A DNA stretch of 64,000 nt from an archaeon (lineage in GTDB: Archaea; Nanobdellota; Nanobdellia; Woesearchaeales; GW2011-AR15). The notes below the pieces were generated by a model. The model ran no database searches. It had not been told where the DNA came from and saw only the letters and a list, made by a program, of their open reading frames with translations. Below, piece after piece: positions 1 to 8,511 of this stretch (its first letter is position 1; each line of letters begins with the position of its first letter). The stretch is from positions 4,703-68,702 of the forward strand of contig JABHXU010000001.1 in the NCBI GenBank assembly GCA_018657065.1, read 5' to 3'. Made by a program: the position numbers and the translations under genes.

Positions 1-91
1 TTTTGTTTATATACTTCACAGAAAAATGTCTAGTGAAAAAATTTACTAGAAAGATAAAAAAATGGGCCACCCAGGATATGTGACCTCATAA

Positions 92-107
92 TAGCGAGGA
101 AAGGATT
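92..107. repeat. 16-nt direct repeat (tagcgaggaaaggatt) duplicating the 3' end of tRNA-iMet (also at 182-197)
   Basis: Exact 16/16 match read directly; the copy lies 74 nt beyond the tRNA 3' end on the minus strand. Confidence 0.6.
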
Positions 108-181
108 CCCTGAGAAACTTCGAAGGGTACAGGAACGAATAGTGACTGTATGTTCAAATTCTTAACGAGTTAAAAAAAGAG

Positions 182-256
182 TAGCGAGGAAAGGATTTGA
201 ACCTCCGACCTTTGGGTTATGAGCCCAACGAGCACTCCTGACTGCTCTACCTCGCT
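182..256 (-). tRNA. Initiator tRNA-Met (CAT), 75 nt, no intron, CCA not encoded
   Basis: Reverse complement folds as a cloverleaf: acceptor AGCGAGG/CCTCGCT, D-stem GAGC/GCTC, anticodon loop CTCATAA, T-loop TTCAAAT. It has an A1:U72 pair and three consecutive G:C pairs in the anticodon stem, both archaeal initiator hallmarks. Confidence 0.8.
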
Positions 257-301
257 ATGGTATTTCTGGAAATTTGTAGATCTTATAAATCTATCCCAAG
301 G

Positions 302-311
302 TTTATAAATA
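302..311 (+). promoter_or_regulatory. Putative TATA box (tttataaata) about 20 nt upstream of the aIF-1A start codon
   Basis: AT-rich TATA-like octamer at the spacing typical of archaeal leaderless transcripts. Confidence 0.3.
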
Positions 312-327
312 GTGCGGGATTTCAGAA

Positions 328-681
328 ATGTACATGGGTAAGAAAGAAAAAGAAGAACAAGCAAGAAGAGAAGCATTGCAAGAAGAACTTCGAAGAATCA
401 AAATGCCTAGAGGAATTCAATCAATAGGAGTTCTTGATCAAAGAGTAGGAGGTTCACGATCACTTGTTCGATGTTTGGACGGAAAAACTAGAAATTGTAG
501 AATACCTGGAAGACTTAAAAGAAGACTTTGGGTAAGACCTGGTGATATTGTTCTAGTTGAACCATGGGAATTAAATCAAGATGATAGGGGAGATATCATT
601 TACAAATATTCTAAAGCACAAGTTAATTTACTTAGAAGAAAAGGTATGTTAGCTAGTCTTGATGAATTTGGCGGATTCTAA
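328..681 (+). CDS. eif1a: Translation initiation factor 1A (aIF-1A/eIF-1A, S1-like OB fold)
   Basis: Sequence RCLDGKTRNCRIPGRLKRRLWVRPGDIVLVEPWE...GDIIYKY is the typical eIF-1A core. Confidence 0.85.
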   Translation: MYMGKKEKEEQARREALQEELRRIKMPRGIQSIGVLDQRVGGSRSLVRCLDGKTRNCRIPGRLKRRLWVRPGDIVLVEPWELNQDDRGDIIYKYSKAQVNLLRRKGMLASLDEFGGF

Positions 682-1142
682 AATAAATCTTCATTATTTT
701 TTATTAAAATTATTAATAACCAGATCATTCCTATTGATATTGCACTATCTGCAATATTAAAGACTGGCCAATAATGAAAATCAATAAAATCAACTACATA
801 TCCTAAAAAAAATCTATCAATTAAATTTCCTAAAGTTCCTGCAAATATTAATCCAAATTGGATTGGATACTTTTTTCTTTTAAGATAAATGTACATAAAA
901 AAACCAAATATCAATATTGAAATTATTAAAAATAAAGTATTAGCTCCTTTTAATAATCCAAAACTAATTCCTGTGTTTCTTAAATATGTTAAAGAAAAAA
1001 AACTTAGAATTTTTTTTGAAGCATATGGTTCAAAATTTGTTCTAATTAGGAATTTTGTTATTTGATCAATGATCAAAACAACAAAAATAATTGCACTAAC
1101 CACGAAGTGCTTCGAGATAATTTTTTGCTTCTTGCTCATCAT
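678..1142 (-). CDS. lspA: Lipoprotein signal peptidase II (LspA), bacterial type
   Basis: Four TM segments with the SPase II motifs LGNLIDR and FNIADSAI. Confidence 0.7.
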   Translation of the reverse strand: MMSKKQKIISKHFVVSAIIFVVLIIDQITKFLIRTNFEPYASKKILSFFSLTYLRNTGISFGLLKGANTLFLIISILIFGFFMYIYLKRKKYPIQFGLIFAGTLGNLIDRFFLGYVVDFIDFHYWPVFNIADSAISIGMIWLLIILIKNNEDLF

Positions 1143-1280
1143 TAAACACCTTTAACACTTTATGATTATCAAAATTTAAACAACATTCGTCATTAATATC
1201 CATAACTGTAACTTTATACATAACAAAATAATTACATTTTTGACATTTTACAATGTAGAATTTTTCATTTTTTAGGTTTG

Positions 1281-2198
1281 CTATTTTTTTTCACCTTTGT
1301 AAATTTTGTAAGCATATTCAACATCTTTTTTATCTAAAACTATAGCTGAAATAGCGTTACACATTCTTATTGCTTCAGTTAACTCTTTTTGATGAATATT
1401 TCTTCCTGTTGCGTTTCCTCTTGCTCCACTAATATGGATTTGATCATGTGTATCTTTTAAAAATTTTTTAACAGATTTAGGTGATCCGCCTGATGCTATT
1501 ACACCTGTTCTTCCTGCTGCAGTTGTAGCTTCTTTAAATGCAACAGCAGGATTTTTTGCTTCAGGGTAGGTTACTTTAACAAAATCTGCACCAAGTGATA
1601 CAGCTACACCACATGCACCAGCTATTAATTTAGGATGTTTAGGTTTTTTTACAGATCTTCCCCTTGGATAAATCCATAATACTGCAATCATTCCATTTTG
1701 ATGTGCCCATGTAATTAGCCTTCCTGCCTCACTAAGCATTGCTTGTTCAAATTCACTTCCTAAATAAAGAGTGTACCCAATTCCAACAATATTAAGTCCA
1801 TTTTCTTTTAACACTAAAACATCTTCAAAGTCAACTAATGATTGTGAAAGTGGTTCACCTGGAACTAATTTAGATCTTGAATTAATTTTAACTAAATATG
1901 GTACTTTTTTGTAGTCATTTCCATATCTAGAAATTAAACCATGTTGAGCTGCAAAAACTCCAATTTTTGCTTTACTTGCTATTTTAAAAAAATGTTCGGG
2001 ATCTGCATCTTCTGTGCTAATTCCTTTTCCAACAAAATCTTCATTTAAATGTTCTAATCGTTGATCTCCTGCAAAAAGCATTAAATTACCAGTATATTTA
2101 GTTGCAGTTAAAAAGCTTTTAACATAATGTTTTTTCATTGACTTAGGTACATCTGCAGGAACTTTGACGTTTTTTGAATGTAATTTAATATTAACCAC
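1281..2198 (-). CDS. Class I aldolase family protein (DhnA/FbaB-type fructose-bisphosphate aldolase or ADH-synthase-like)
   Basis: LGADFVKV...IASGGS...GARGNATGRNIHQ pattern of the archaeal class I aldolase / DeoC-LacD fold. Confidence 0.55.
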   Translation of the reverse strand: MVNIKLHSKNVKVPADVPKSMKKHYVKSFLTATKYTGNLMLFAGDQRLEHLNEDFVGKGISTEDADPEHFFKIASKAKIGVFAAQHGLISRYGNDYKKVPYLVKINSRSKLVPGEPLSQSLVDFEDVLVLKENGLNIVGIGYTLYLGSEFEQAMLSEAGRLITWAHQNGMIAVLWIYPRGRSVKKPKHPKLIAGACGVAVSLGADFVKVTYPEAKNPAVAFKEATTAAGRTGVIASGGSPKSVKKFLKDTHDQIHISGARGNATGRNIHQKELTEAIRMCNAISAIVLDKKDVEYAYKIYKGEKK

Positions 2199-2283
2199 CT
2201 CACAAAATAATATTTATTATTCATGTATATAAAGATTTCTTAGAACAAAAAATATTTATAGTCCAGTTTAGCTAAAAAATACT

Positions 2284-2892
2284 ATGAAATCAAAAAAAGG
2301 TTCAGTAATCATAGGGATTGTAATTATTGTATTAGTTGTATTATTATCTGTGACTAGCTATTATTTATTTTTTGCAAAAACTACTTGCACAGATTCAGAC
2401 AAAGGAAAAGATTATATGGTTAAAGGAACAGCTTATGGACTTCTTCCTAGATCAGATGAGGAATTTGAAATTTATGTAGATGAATGTTTAACAAAAAACG
2501 CAGATGGTGATAATTTAAAAGAAACTTTTTGTAATGAAGACAAAAGGGTTGAGTTTGAATTTTATAAATGTCCAAGAGGTTGCACAGATGGTGCATGTAG
2601 ATTAAATGAAAAAGTTTCTTGTGTAGATAGCGATGGTGGAAAAAATTATGAAATGCAAGGATCAATAATTGATGATATTCATGAAATGTATCCAAGTGAT
2701 TATTGTATTAGTGCAAAAACTATTGAAGAAGCAAAACTAGTTGGAGGACATGATGTTGAAGAATCTCCAATTTTAGCTGAAAGATATTGTAGAAACGATA
2801 TTAATTATGATCCTAATGGAAATGGAAATCATAAAACTGAATTTTATGAATGTCCTGGAATTTGTAGACACGGTGAATGTGTTCCTTCTTAA
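2284..2892 (+). CDS. Secreted or membrane-anchored cysteine-rich protein with an internally duplicated domain and a possible class III (pilin-like) signal peptide
   Basis: N-terminus MKSKKG followed by a 20-aa hydrophobic stretch. Two similar ~75-aa Cys-rich modules (C.DSD.GK.Y...YC...FYKCPRGC.DGAC and FYECPGICRHGEC). Confidence 0.45.
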   Translation: MKSKKGSVIIGIVIIVLVVLLSVTSYYLFFAKTTCTDSDKGKDYMVKGTAYGLLPRSDEEFEIYVDECLTKNADGDNLKETFCNEDKRVEFEFYKCPRGCTDGACRLNEKVSCVDSDGGKNYEMQGSIIDDIHEMYPSDYCISAKTIEEAKLVGGHDVEESPILAERYCRNDINYDPNGNGNHKTEFYECPGICRHGECVPS

Positions 2893-2961
2893 TTTTTAAT
2901 TATCATACGTTATCATACTTTCGCAAAATTTTTAAAGTAGTTATCTCTTTGAAAACTTAAA

Positions 2962-3795
2962 ATGAAAGAGAGAATAACTATAACACTTGATTCTGATACA
3001 TTAAACCTATTGGACAATAAAATTGATGGTAAAAAAATTAAAAATAGAAGTCATGCAATTGAAGTATTACTTCATAGAGTTTTAGGGAAAAATCATCCAA
3101 AAAAAGCAATATTATTACTTGGTGGAAAAGGAACTAGACTTAGACCTATTACTTATGAAATGCCTAAGGCTCTTCTTCCAGTTCAAGGAAAAACAGTTCC
3201 TGAACATTTGATTGAATTATTTAAAAAATATGATATTACTGAATTTATATTTTCAATTGGATATAAAGCTCAAAAAATTATGGATTATTATGGAGATGGT
3301 TCCAAATATGGAGTTAAAATTACATATGTAAAAGAAGATGAACCACTAGGAAGTGCAGGAGCAATAAAACTTGCTGCAAAACACTTAAATGAAACTTTTT
3401 TAGTTACAAATGGAGATGAACTTAAAGATATAGATCTAGAAGAAATGTTTTTATTTCATAAAAAGCATAAAGCACTTGTTACTGCAGCATTAACAACAGT
3501 TACAGATCCATCAGCTTACGGAGTAGCAAAATTAGAAGGAAGCAAAATTTTAGAATTTGTTGAAAAACCTAAGCTTGAAGAAGCACCTTCAAAATTAATT
3601 AATTCAGGGCTTTCAATTTGGGAACCTGAGGCTATCGATTTAATTCCTAATGGTTTTTCAATGTATGAAAAAGATATTTTTCCTCAGTTAGCAGGAAAAA
3701 AGAAGTTATATGGGTATATTTTTTCAGGTCAATGGTTTGATACAGGAACTCATGAAAGATATGAAACAGCAATAAAAGAATGGAGAGGAATTTAA
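2962..3795 (+). CDS. Sugar-phosphate nucleotidyltransferase (NDP-sugar pyrophosphorylase) with an N-terminal ribbon-helix-helix (CopG-like) domain
   Basis: LLLGGKGTRLRPIT (G-x-G-T-R-L) nucleotidyltransferase signature. The first ~40 aa (ITITLDSDTLNLLD...RSHAIEVLLHRVL) have an RHH pattern. Confidence 0.65.
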   Translation: MKERITITLDSDTLNLLDNKIDGKKIKNRSHAIEVLLHRVLGKNHPKKAILLLGGKGTRLRPITYEMPKALLPVQGKTVPEHLIELFKKYDITEFIFSIGYKAQKIMDYYGDGSKYGVKITYVKEDEPLGSAGAIKLAAKHLNETFLVTNGDELKDIDLEEMFLFHKKHKALVTAALTTVTDPSAYGVAKLEGSKILEFVEKPKLEEAPSKLINSGLSIWEPEAIDLIPNGFSMYEKDIFPQLAGKKKLYGYIFSGQWFDTGTHERYETAIKEWRGI

Positions 3796-3801
3796 TTTAA
3801 A

Positions 3802-5136
3802 ATGGGAGGAATATTCAAAGCTTACGATATTAGAGGAATTTATGGTGAAACAATTAATGAAGATATTGTTTATAGAATTGGAAGAGCATATGTATTAAAA
3901 TTTAAAACTAAAAAAATAACAATTGGAAGAGATTGTAGAATATCTTCACCTAAATTATTCGAAGCTTTAGTTAGAGGAGTCACTGATCAAGGATGTGATG
4001 TTTTAGATATTGGTTTAGTATCAACTCCTATGATGTATTTTTCTGTTTGGAAGTTTAAACATGATGGAGGAATAGTAATTACAGCTAGTCATAATCCACC
4101 TAAATATAATGGATTAAAAATGGTCAGGGAAGATTCTATTCCTATTGGTGGAGAAACAGGGATTTATGAAATTGAAGAGATGATTAAAGATCTTCCTAGT
4201 GAATTACCTGAAAAAAAAGGAATTGTTGCAGATTTTAATGTTTTTGATCCTTATTTAGAACATATAACTAATTATATGGATTTAACTAAATTAAAAAAAT
4301 TCAATATTGCAATTGATACTGCGAACGGAATGGCAGGACCTATAGCAGCAGTATTTTTTGATAAACTTGATTGTGATTTGATTCACATGTATCCAGTTTT
4401 AGATGGGAATTTTCCTAATCATGAAGCTAATCCATTAAAAGAAGAAAATGTTGAAGATCTAAAAAAAATAGTTATTGAGAAAAAATGTGATATTGGAATA
4501 GCTTTTGATGGTGATTCTGATAGATGTAGTTTTGTTGATGAAAAAGGACAAATAGTACCTTCAGATTATGTTATTGCATTAGTAGCTAAAGAAATGTTAA
4601 AAGAACATAAAGGCAAAACAATTCTTTATGATGTTAGATGTTCACGAATTGTGGGGAAAGTTATTAAGGATAATGGCGGAAAAACAGGTAGATGTCCAGT
4701 AGGTCATTCATTAGTTAAAAAACAAATGAGAGAACAAGATATTTATTTTGCAGGTGAACTTTCTTCACATTTTTACTATCAAGAAGAACATTATGCTGAA
4801 GCACCATTTTTTGTTATTTTAAAAATTCTTCAAATAATGACAGAAGAAAATAAACCACTTTCAGAACTAGTAGAACCATTAAAAGTGTATTCACATACTG
4901 GAGAGATTAATTCTAAAGTTGAAGATAAATCTGGCAAGATGAAAGAACTAGCAGAAAAATTTAGTGATGGAAATGTAAGTTATTTAGATGGTGTTACTGT
5001 TGAATATACTGATTGGTGGTTTAATGTTAGACCTAGTAATACTGAGCCTTATTTAAGGCTTAATTTAGAAGCAGATACTAAGGAGTTAATGGATGAAAAA
5101 AGAGATTTGGTGTTAGGAATAATTAGAAACAACTAA
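3802..5136 (+). CDS. Phosphomannomutase/phosphoglucomutase (alpha-D-phosphohexomutase)
   Basis: Active-site TASHNPPKYNG, metal loop DGDSDR, sugar loop GELSSH. Confidence 0.8.
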   Translation: MGGIFKAYDIRGIYGETINEDIVYRIGRAYVLKFKTKKITIGRDCRISSPKLFEALVRGVTDQGCDVLDIGLVSTPMMYFSVWKFKHDGGIVITASHNPPKYNGLKMVREDSIPIGGETGIYEIEEMIKDLPSELPEKKGIVADFNVFDPYLEHITNYMDLTKLKKFNIAIDTANGMAGPIAAVFFDKLDCDLIHMYPVLDGNFPNHEANPLKEENVEDLKKIVIEKKCDIGIAFDGDSDRCSFVDEKGQIVPSDYVIALVAKEMLKEHKGKTILYDVRCSRIVGKVIKDNGGKTGRCPVGHSLVKKQMREQDIYFAGELSSHFYYQEEHYAEAPFFVILKILQIMTEENKPLSELVEPLKVYSHTGEINSKVEDKSGKMKELAEKFSDGNVSYLDGVTVEYTDWWFNVRPSNTEPYLRLNLEADTKELMDEKRDLVLGIIRNN

Positions 5137-5178
5137 ACAGTAGTAACATTTAAATAATGAATTAAAAATCTTTTACTA

Positions 5179-5811
5179 ATGTCATTAATTTATTTTGAGG
5201 ATAAATTAGGTAAACTTGGTTATAGTAACATTTCTAGATTAGATCCTGCCTCAAATGAAATATACAAAGCAACTATGGGCGATAATATTTCTGTAGTTTT
5301 AAGACTTGGGATGAAAAATAGGTTTACACATGGTACTGATCCATGGACTCTAGCTACTTCTCAAGTAATAACAGAAAAAATGGTTTCTGATAAAGTTGAA
5401 CATGATGCATTAGCAAGAGTTTTAGCATATCATGAAATTCCTATAGAATCATCAGATTTATTTGGTGCTGTTCATCAAGTTTCTGAGGATAACTTGCTTA
5501 AATTAATTGCAAGACAGTATATTCCTGGAAGATCTTTAAAAAGAGGAGAATTAATCACAGATCAAATAAATCAAGATAGACTTTCGAGTCTTGTGAATTT
5601 ATTTCATAAAAATGGAATTGCAAGAATAGATTTAGATCATGCTGAAAATATTATTTTAGGGAATGATGGTTTAGTTTATGTAGGAGATGTTGGTCATTGT
5701 ATTTTTGAGGATAGTCGTTTTATAAGATCGGAATATTTTAAAGAAATGAAAGACAAAGATCAAGAAGATTTAAAGTATAGATTTGGAGAAAAAGATATAA
5801 AAAAAAATTAA
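5179..5811 (+). CDS. Hypothetical protein with a protein-kinase-like catalytic core (Bud32/Kdo-kinase-like?)
   Basis: HKNGIARIDLDHAENIIL (H.D....N catalytic loop) followed by VYVGDVGH (DFG-like). Otherwise no clear family. Confidence 0.3.
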   Translation: MSLIYFEDKLGKLGYSNISRLDPASNEIYKATMGDNISVVLRLGMKNRFTHGTDPWTLATSQVITEKMVSDKVEHDALARVLAYHEIPIESSDLFGAVHQVSEDNLLKLIARQYIPGRSLKRGELITDQINQDRLSSLVNLFHKNGIARIDLDHAENIILGNDGLVYVGDVGHCIFEDSRFIRSEYFKEMKDKDQEDLKYRFGEKDIKKN

Positions 5812-6335
5812 GCACTAGCTTCCATTTCAGCAATCATGGTTTTTAAGTGTTCAATTGTCCTTTTATTATCTTGTGGATTTAGTATTCTTCCACATTCAGG
5901 ACATTTATAATTAATTTCCATTGCTGATTCAAAGTTCATTCTAGTACATAAGCTTGGACAAATATAAAGACCATCTCTATATTCTTGTTCATTTTTTAAC
6001 TTTTCTTTTAATGTAACAAGTCTTTCAACTTGTAATTTTTCACTTAGTTCTACAAATCTTTTAGGATTTAAAGTCCAGTAACTAATATACCATCCTTTAA
6101 TTCTATCTTTTTTTCTCATATAAGTTGCTAAATGTAAATTATTTAATCTATAAAGGACATTTCTTACAAAGTGAATATCAACTTTTAAGTCTTGAGCGAC
6201 AGTGAATTCAGAAATATTTTCTTTGCCTTTTAGATACATAACTATTTCGATTGCATCTTCTCCTACTGCTTCTATTGTTGTTTTGGATAATAATTCTTTA
6301 TTGACTTTCATCTTTACATACCTCTTTTTATACAC
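5808..6335 (-). CDS. tfe: Transcription factor E (TFE, TFIIE-alpha homologue)
   Basis: N-terminal winged helix plus C-terminal zinc ribbon (CPSLC...CPECG), archaeal size. Confidence 0.6.
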   Translation of the reverse strand: MYKKRYVKMKVNKELLSKTTIEAVGEDAIEIVMYLKGKENISEFTVAQDLKVDIHFVRNVLYRLNNLHLATYMRKKDRIKGWYISYWTLNPKRFVELSEKLQVERLVTLKEKLKNEQEYRDGLYICPSLCTRMNFESAMEINYKCPECGRILNPQDNKRTIEHLKTMIAEMEASA

Positions 6336-6651
6336 TTAGTATTCTTTTGTCTTTGACAAATGAACACTGGTGTGATCAGGAACCATCATTACATGTGGTT
6401 CTTGACATGTGATTTAGATGGTGCAACCAAGTTACACCCCCGAATGATTACATTTACGGAATTTACTATTTATAAACTTTTCTATGCTTAATCACAATAA
6501 TTAGATTTTGTCGTCGACAAAACAAGAAATAATTATCGAATATTTTTTGTCATTATAGCGTAACACCGTCGAGAAATTAAAAATCAGTATTTGGACGAAA
6601 ATTAGAAAAACAACCAGAAAGTTTAAAAATCATTTATTTATAACTTTTTTT

Positions 6652-8352
6652 ATGTTACCTATTTTTAGCGAAGAAAGCTCAACAACAAGGGACAAAATAA
6701 TAAATATACTAGCGTCTAATCCAAGTATTAATACCAAGAAAATTAATTCTATTTTAAAAAAACATTATGCTCTAAATGTCACTTATCAAGCAATTCATAA
6801 AACTTTGAAGCAAATGGTAGATCAAGAAATTTTGGAAGTTAGAACAGATAAAACTTATATGATTTCTCAAAAATGGGTGGAATCTTTAAAGAGATTTGTT
6901 TCAAGGTTTGAAATATCAAGTAAACCTATAACTGAAGAATTAAATTATGAAGAAATATTTGATGAAAAAAATAAAGAATCAGTTAAATTAACTCTAAGAA
7001 CAAGAAAAGAATTTGATGATTTATATTTTAATATGAGAAAAATTCTTACTGAAAGAATGAAGAACCTTCCATTAAAGGAAAGGAATATTTATCATCATTT
7101 TGGTCATTCATATTACGGTTTGGCTCATCCTACTAGAGAGCATGATTATATTAATGATCTTAATAATATTAATGCTAAAGCGTATTATTTTTGTTTAGGT
7201 ACGACTGCGGTTGATATTTGGGCAACTAAAATTTATGAAAATTCTCCAATAAGAATAATTATGGGAAAGATTTTGGATTCATCAAGATTACTTTTCATAT
7301 ATCCTTCTGCAGTTGTTGAAATATACTATGGGTTAAGAACAGTTGAATTGTTCAATAAACTATATGGAAAAACTAAAGATATGAGAAAAATTAGATTCTC
7401 TGAATTTCTAAATGATTTATATTTAGTAGATGATACAATTAAAATAATTGTAAATAAGGATGAACATATAATTCAAAATTTAATAAATTTATCAAAAAAT
7501 ATTTTTAAAAAAGAGAAAGAAAAAGAGAAAAAAACTTATTTTGATGCTGCAGACAAAAAATTGAATCAGAAATTTCAAAGAGCTTATGATATTTTGACTA
7601 GGAGGGATATTAAAAGAGCAGGAGCAGGAGCTATTATTAATGATGTTAAATTAAGAGAAATTCTCGGAAATTCTTTGAAATATAATAAAAGATTTCAAAT
7701 AACTTATTATTGGGGAGCAGAAAAAGATTCTAAAAAACAAATAGCAGATGAAGTTGAAAAACTAGCTTTAGATAAATTAAAAGAAACAAAAGATTTGTTA
7801 GTTAAAGAGAAAATTAAAACAAGAGTTAATTTGTTATTTTGTGATATTCATGGAAAGTATTTTAATGGAATTACAGATCAAGAAATTAATAAATATTATA
7901 ATAGTATTAAAAAATTAACAGATGCTAGAGGAATCAGAATAATTAAACTTTCTGATCTTTATAAAAAATGGAATATCAAATTTAATTTAGATTATGAGGA
8001 TAAAAAAAATTCTAATTTTATTAAAGCAAAAAAACAAACAGAGACAATCTGGAATAAAAATAAACATTTAAAAAAATTATTAATTGGTATGTGTAAGAAA
8101 CACTCACGATTATTGCATAAACATTCTGCTGAAGATATTGCAAAAAGATATGCACTTATTCATTTGTTTGAAGATTCTTATTTAGCTAATGAATTTTCAA
8201 ATTCGGTGTTTTATGGATATTGTAGAAGGGAAACTCAAACACCTCTATCAAATTTACCAACTATTTTTACTTATTCAGTAAAAAGAGGTATCAGTGTTTG
8301 TCCTTGGTATTGGGACTGTCACGAAACACTTAATAATTATAAAATCAAATAA
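6652..8352 (+). CDS. Large uncharacterised protein with an N-terminal winged-helix DNA-binding domain
   Basis: The first ~85 aa look like a TrmB/MarR-type wHTH. The remaining ~480 aa have no recognisable motif (HHFGHSYYGLAHPTREHD; C-terminal CPWYWDCHE). Confidence 0.45.
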   Translation: MLPIFSEESSTTRDKIINILASNPSINTKKINSILKKHYALNVTYQAIHKTLKQMVDQEILEVRTDKTYMISQKWVESLKRFVSRFEISSKPITEELNYEEIFDEKNKESVKLTLRTRKEFDDLYFNMRKILTERMKNLPLKERNIYHHFGHSYYGLAHPTREHDYINDLNNINAKAYYFCLGTTAVDIWATKIYENSPIRIIMGKILDSSRLLFIYPSAVVEIYYGLRTVELFNKLYGKTKDMRKIRFSEFLNDLYLVDDTIKIIVNKDEHIIQNLINLSKNIFKKEKEKEKKTYFDAADKKLNQKFQRAYDILTRRDIKRAGAGAIINDVKLREILGNSLKYNKRFQITYYWGAEKDSKKQIADEVEKLALDKLKETKDLLVKEKIKTRVNLLFCDIHGKYFNGITDQEINKYYNSIKKLTDARGIRIIKLSDLYKKWNIKFNLDYEDKKNSNFIKAKKQTETIWNKNKHLKKLLIGMCKKHSRLLHKHSAEDIAKRYALIHLFEDSYLANEFSNSVFYGYCRRETQTPLSNLPTIFTYSVKRGISVCPWYWDCHETLNNYKIK

Positions 8353-8399
8353 AATTACAGCAAATTTTATAAACACTGTCTAAATCCTAGACATATATC

Positions 8400-8475
8400 G
8401 CCCCTGTGGTGTAGTCCGGCCAATCATGCAGCCCTTTCGAGGCTGCGACCCGGGTTCGAATCCCGGCGGGGGCAT
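8400..8475 (+). tRNA. tRNA-Glu (TTC)
   Basis: Cloverleaf with acceptor GCCCCTG/CGGGGGC, anticodon loop CTTTCGA, T-arm CCGGG-TTCGAAT-CCCGG. Confidence 0.85.
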
Positions 8476-8511
8476 ATTTTTTTATATTTATTAATAAAAT
8501 AATTTGAAGAA

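Noticed and set aside
170-376. 68-aa minus-strand ORF
   Set aside because: It overlaps tRNA-iMet and the aIF-1A start, and its composition is low-complexity.
2447-2695. Antisense or alternate-frame ORFs inside confident genes
   Set aside because: This includes 2447-2695, 9156-9365, 9710-9934, 21805-22047, 23616-23801, 24025-24330, 25879-26193, 28567-28947, 30468-30683, 31936-32238, 34350-34541, 35893-36078, 37234-37419, 39134-39331, 41435-41713, 43230-43478, 43511-43738, 44622-44891, 47614-47802, 48378-48623, 52238-52450, 53605-53874, 54336-54533, 58778-58972, 59205-59429, 60000-60230, 61862-62050 and 62852-63100. All are nested in well-supported genes on the opposite strand or in another frame. 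They are AT-rich low-complexity translations.
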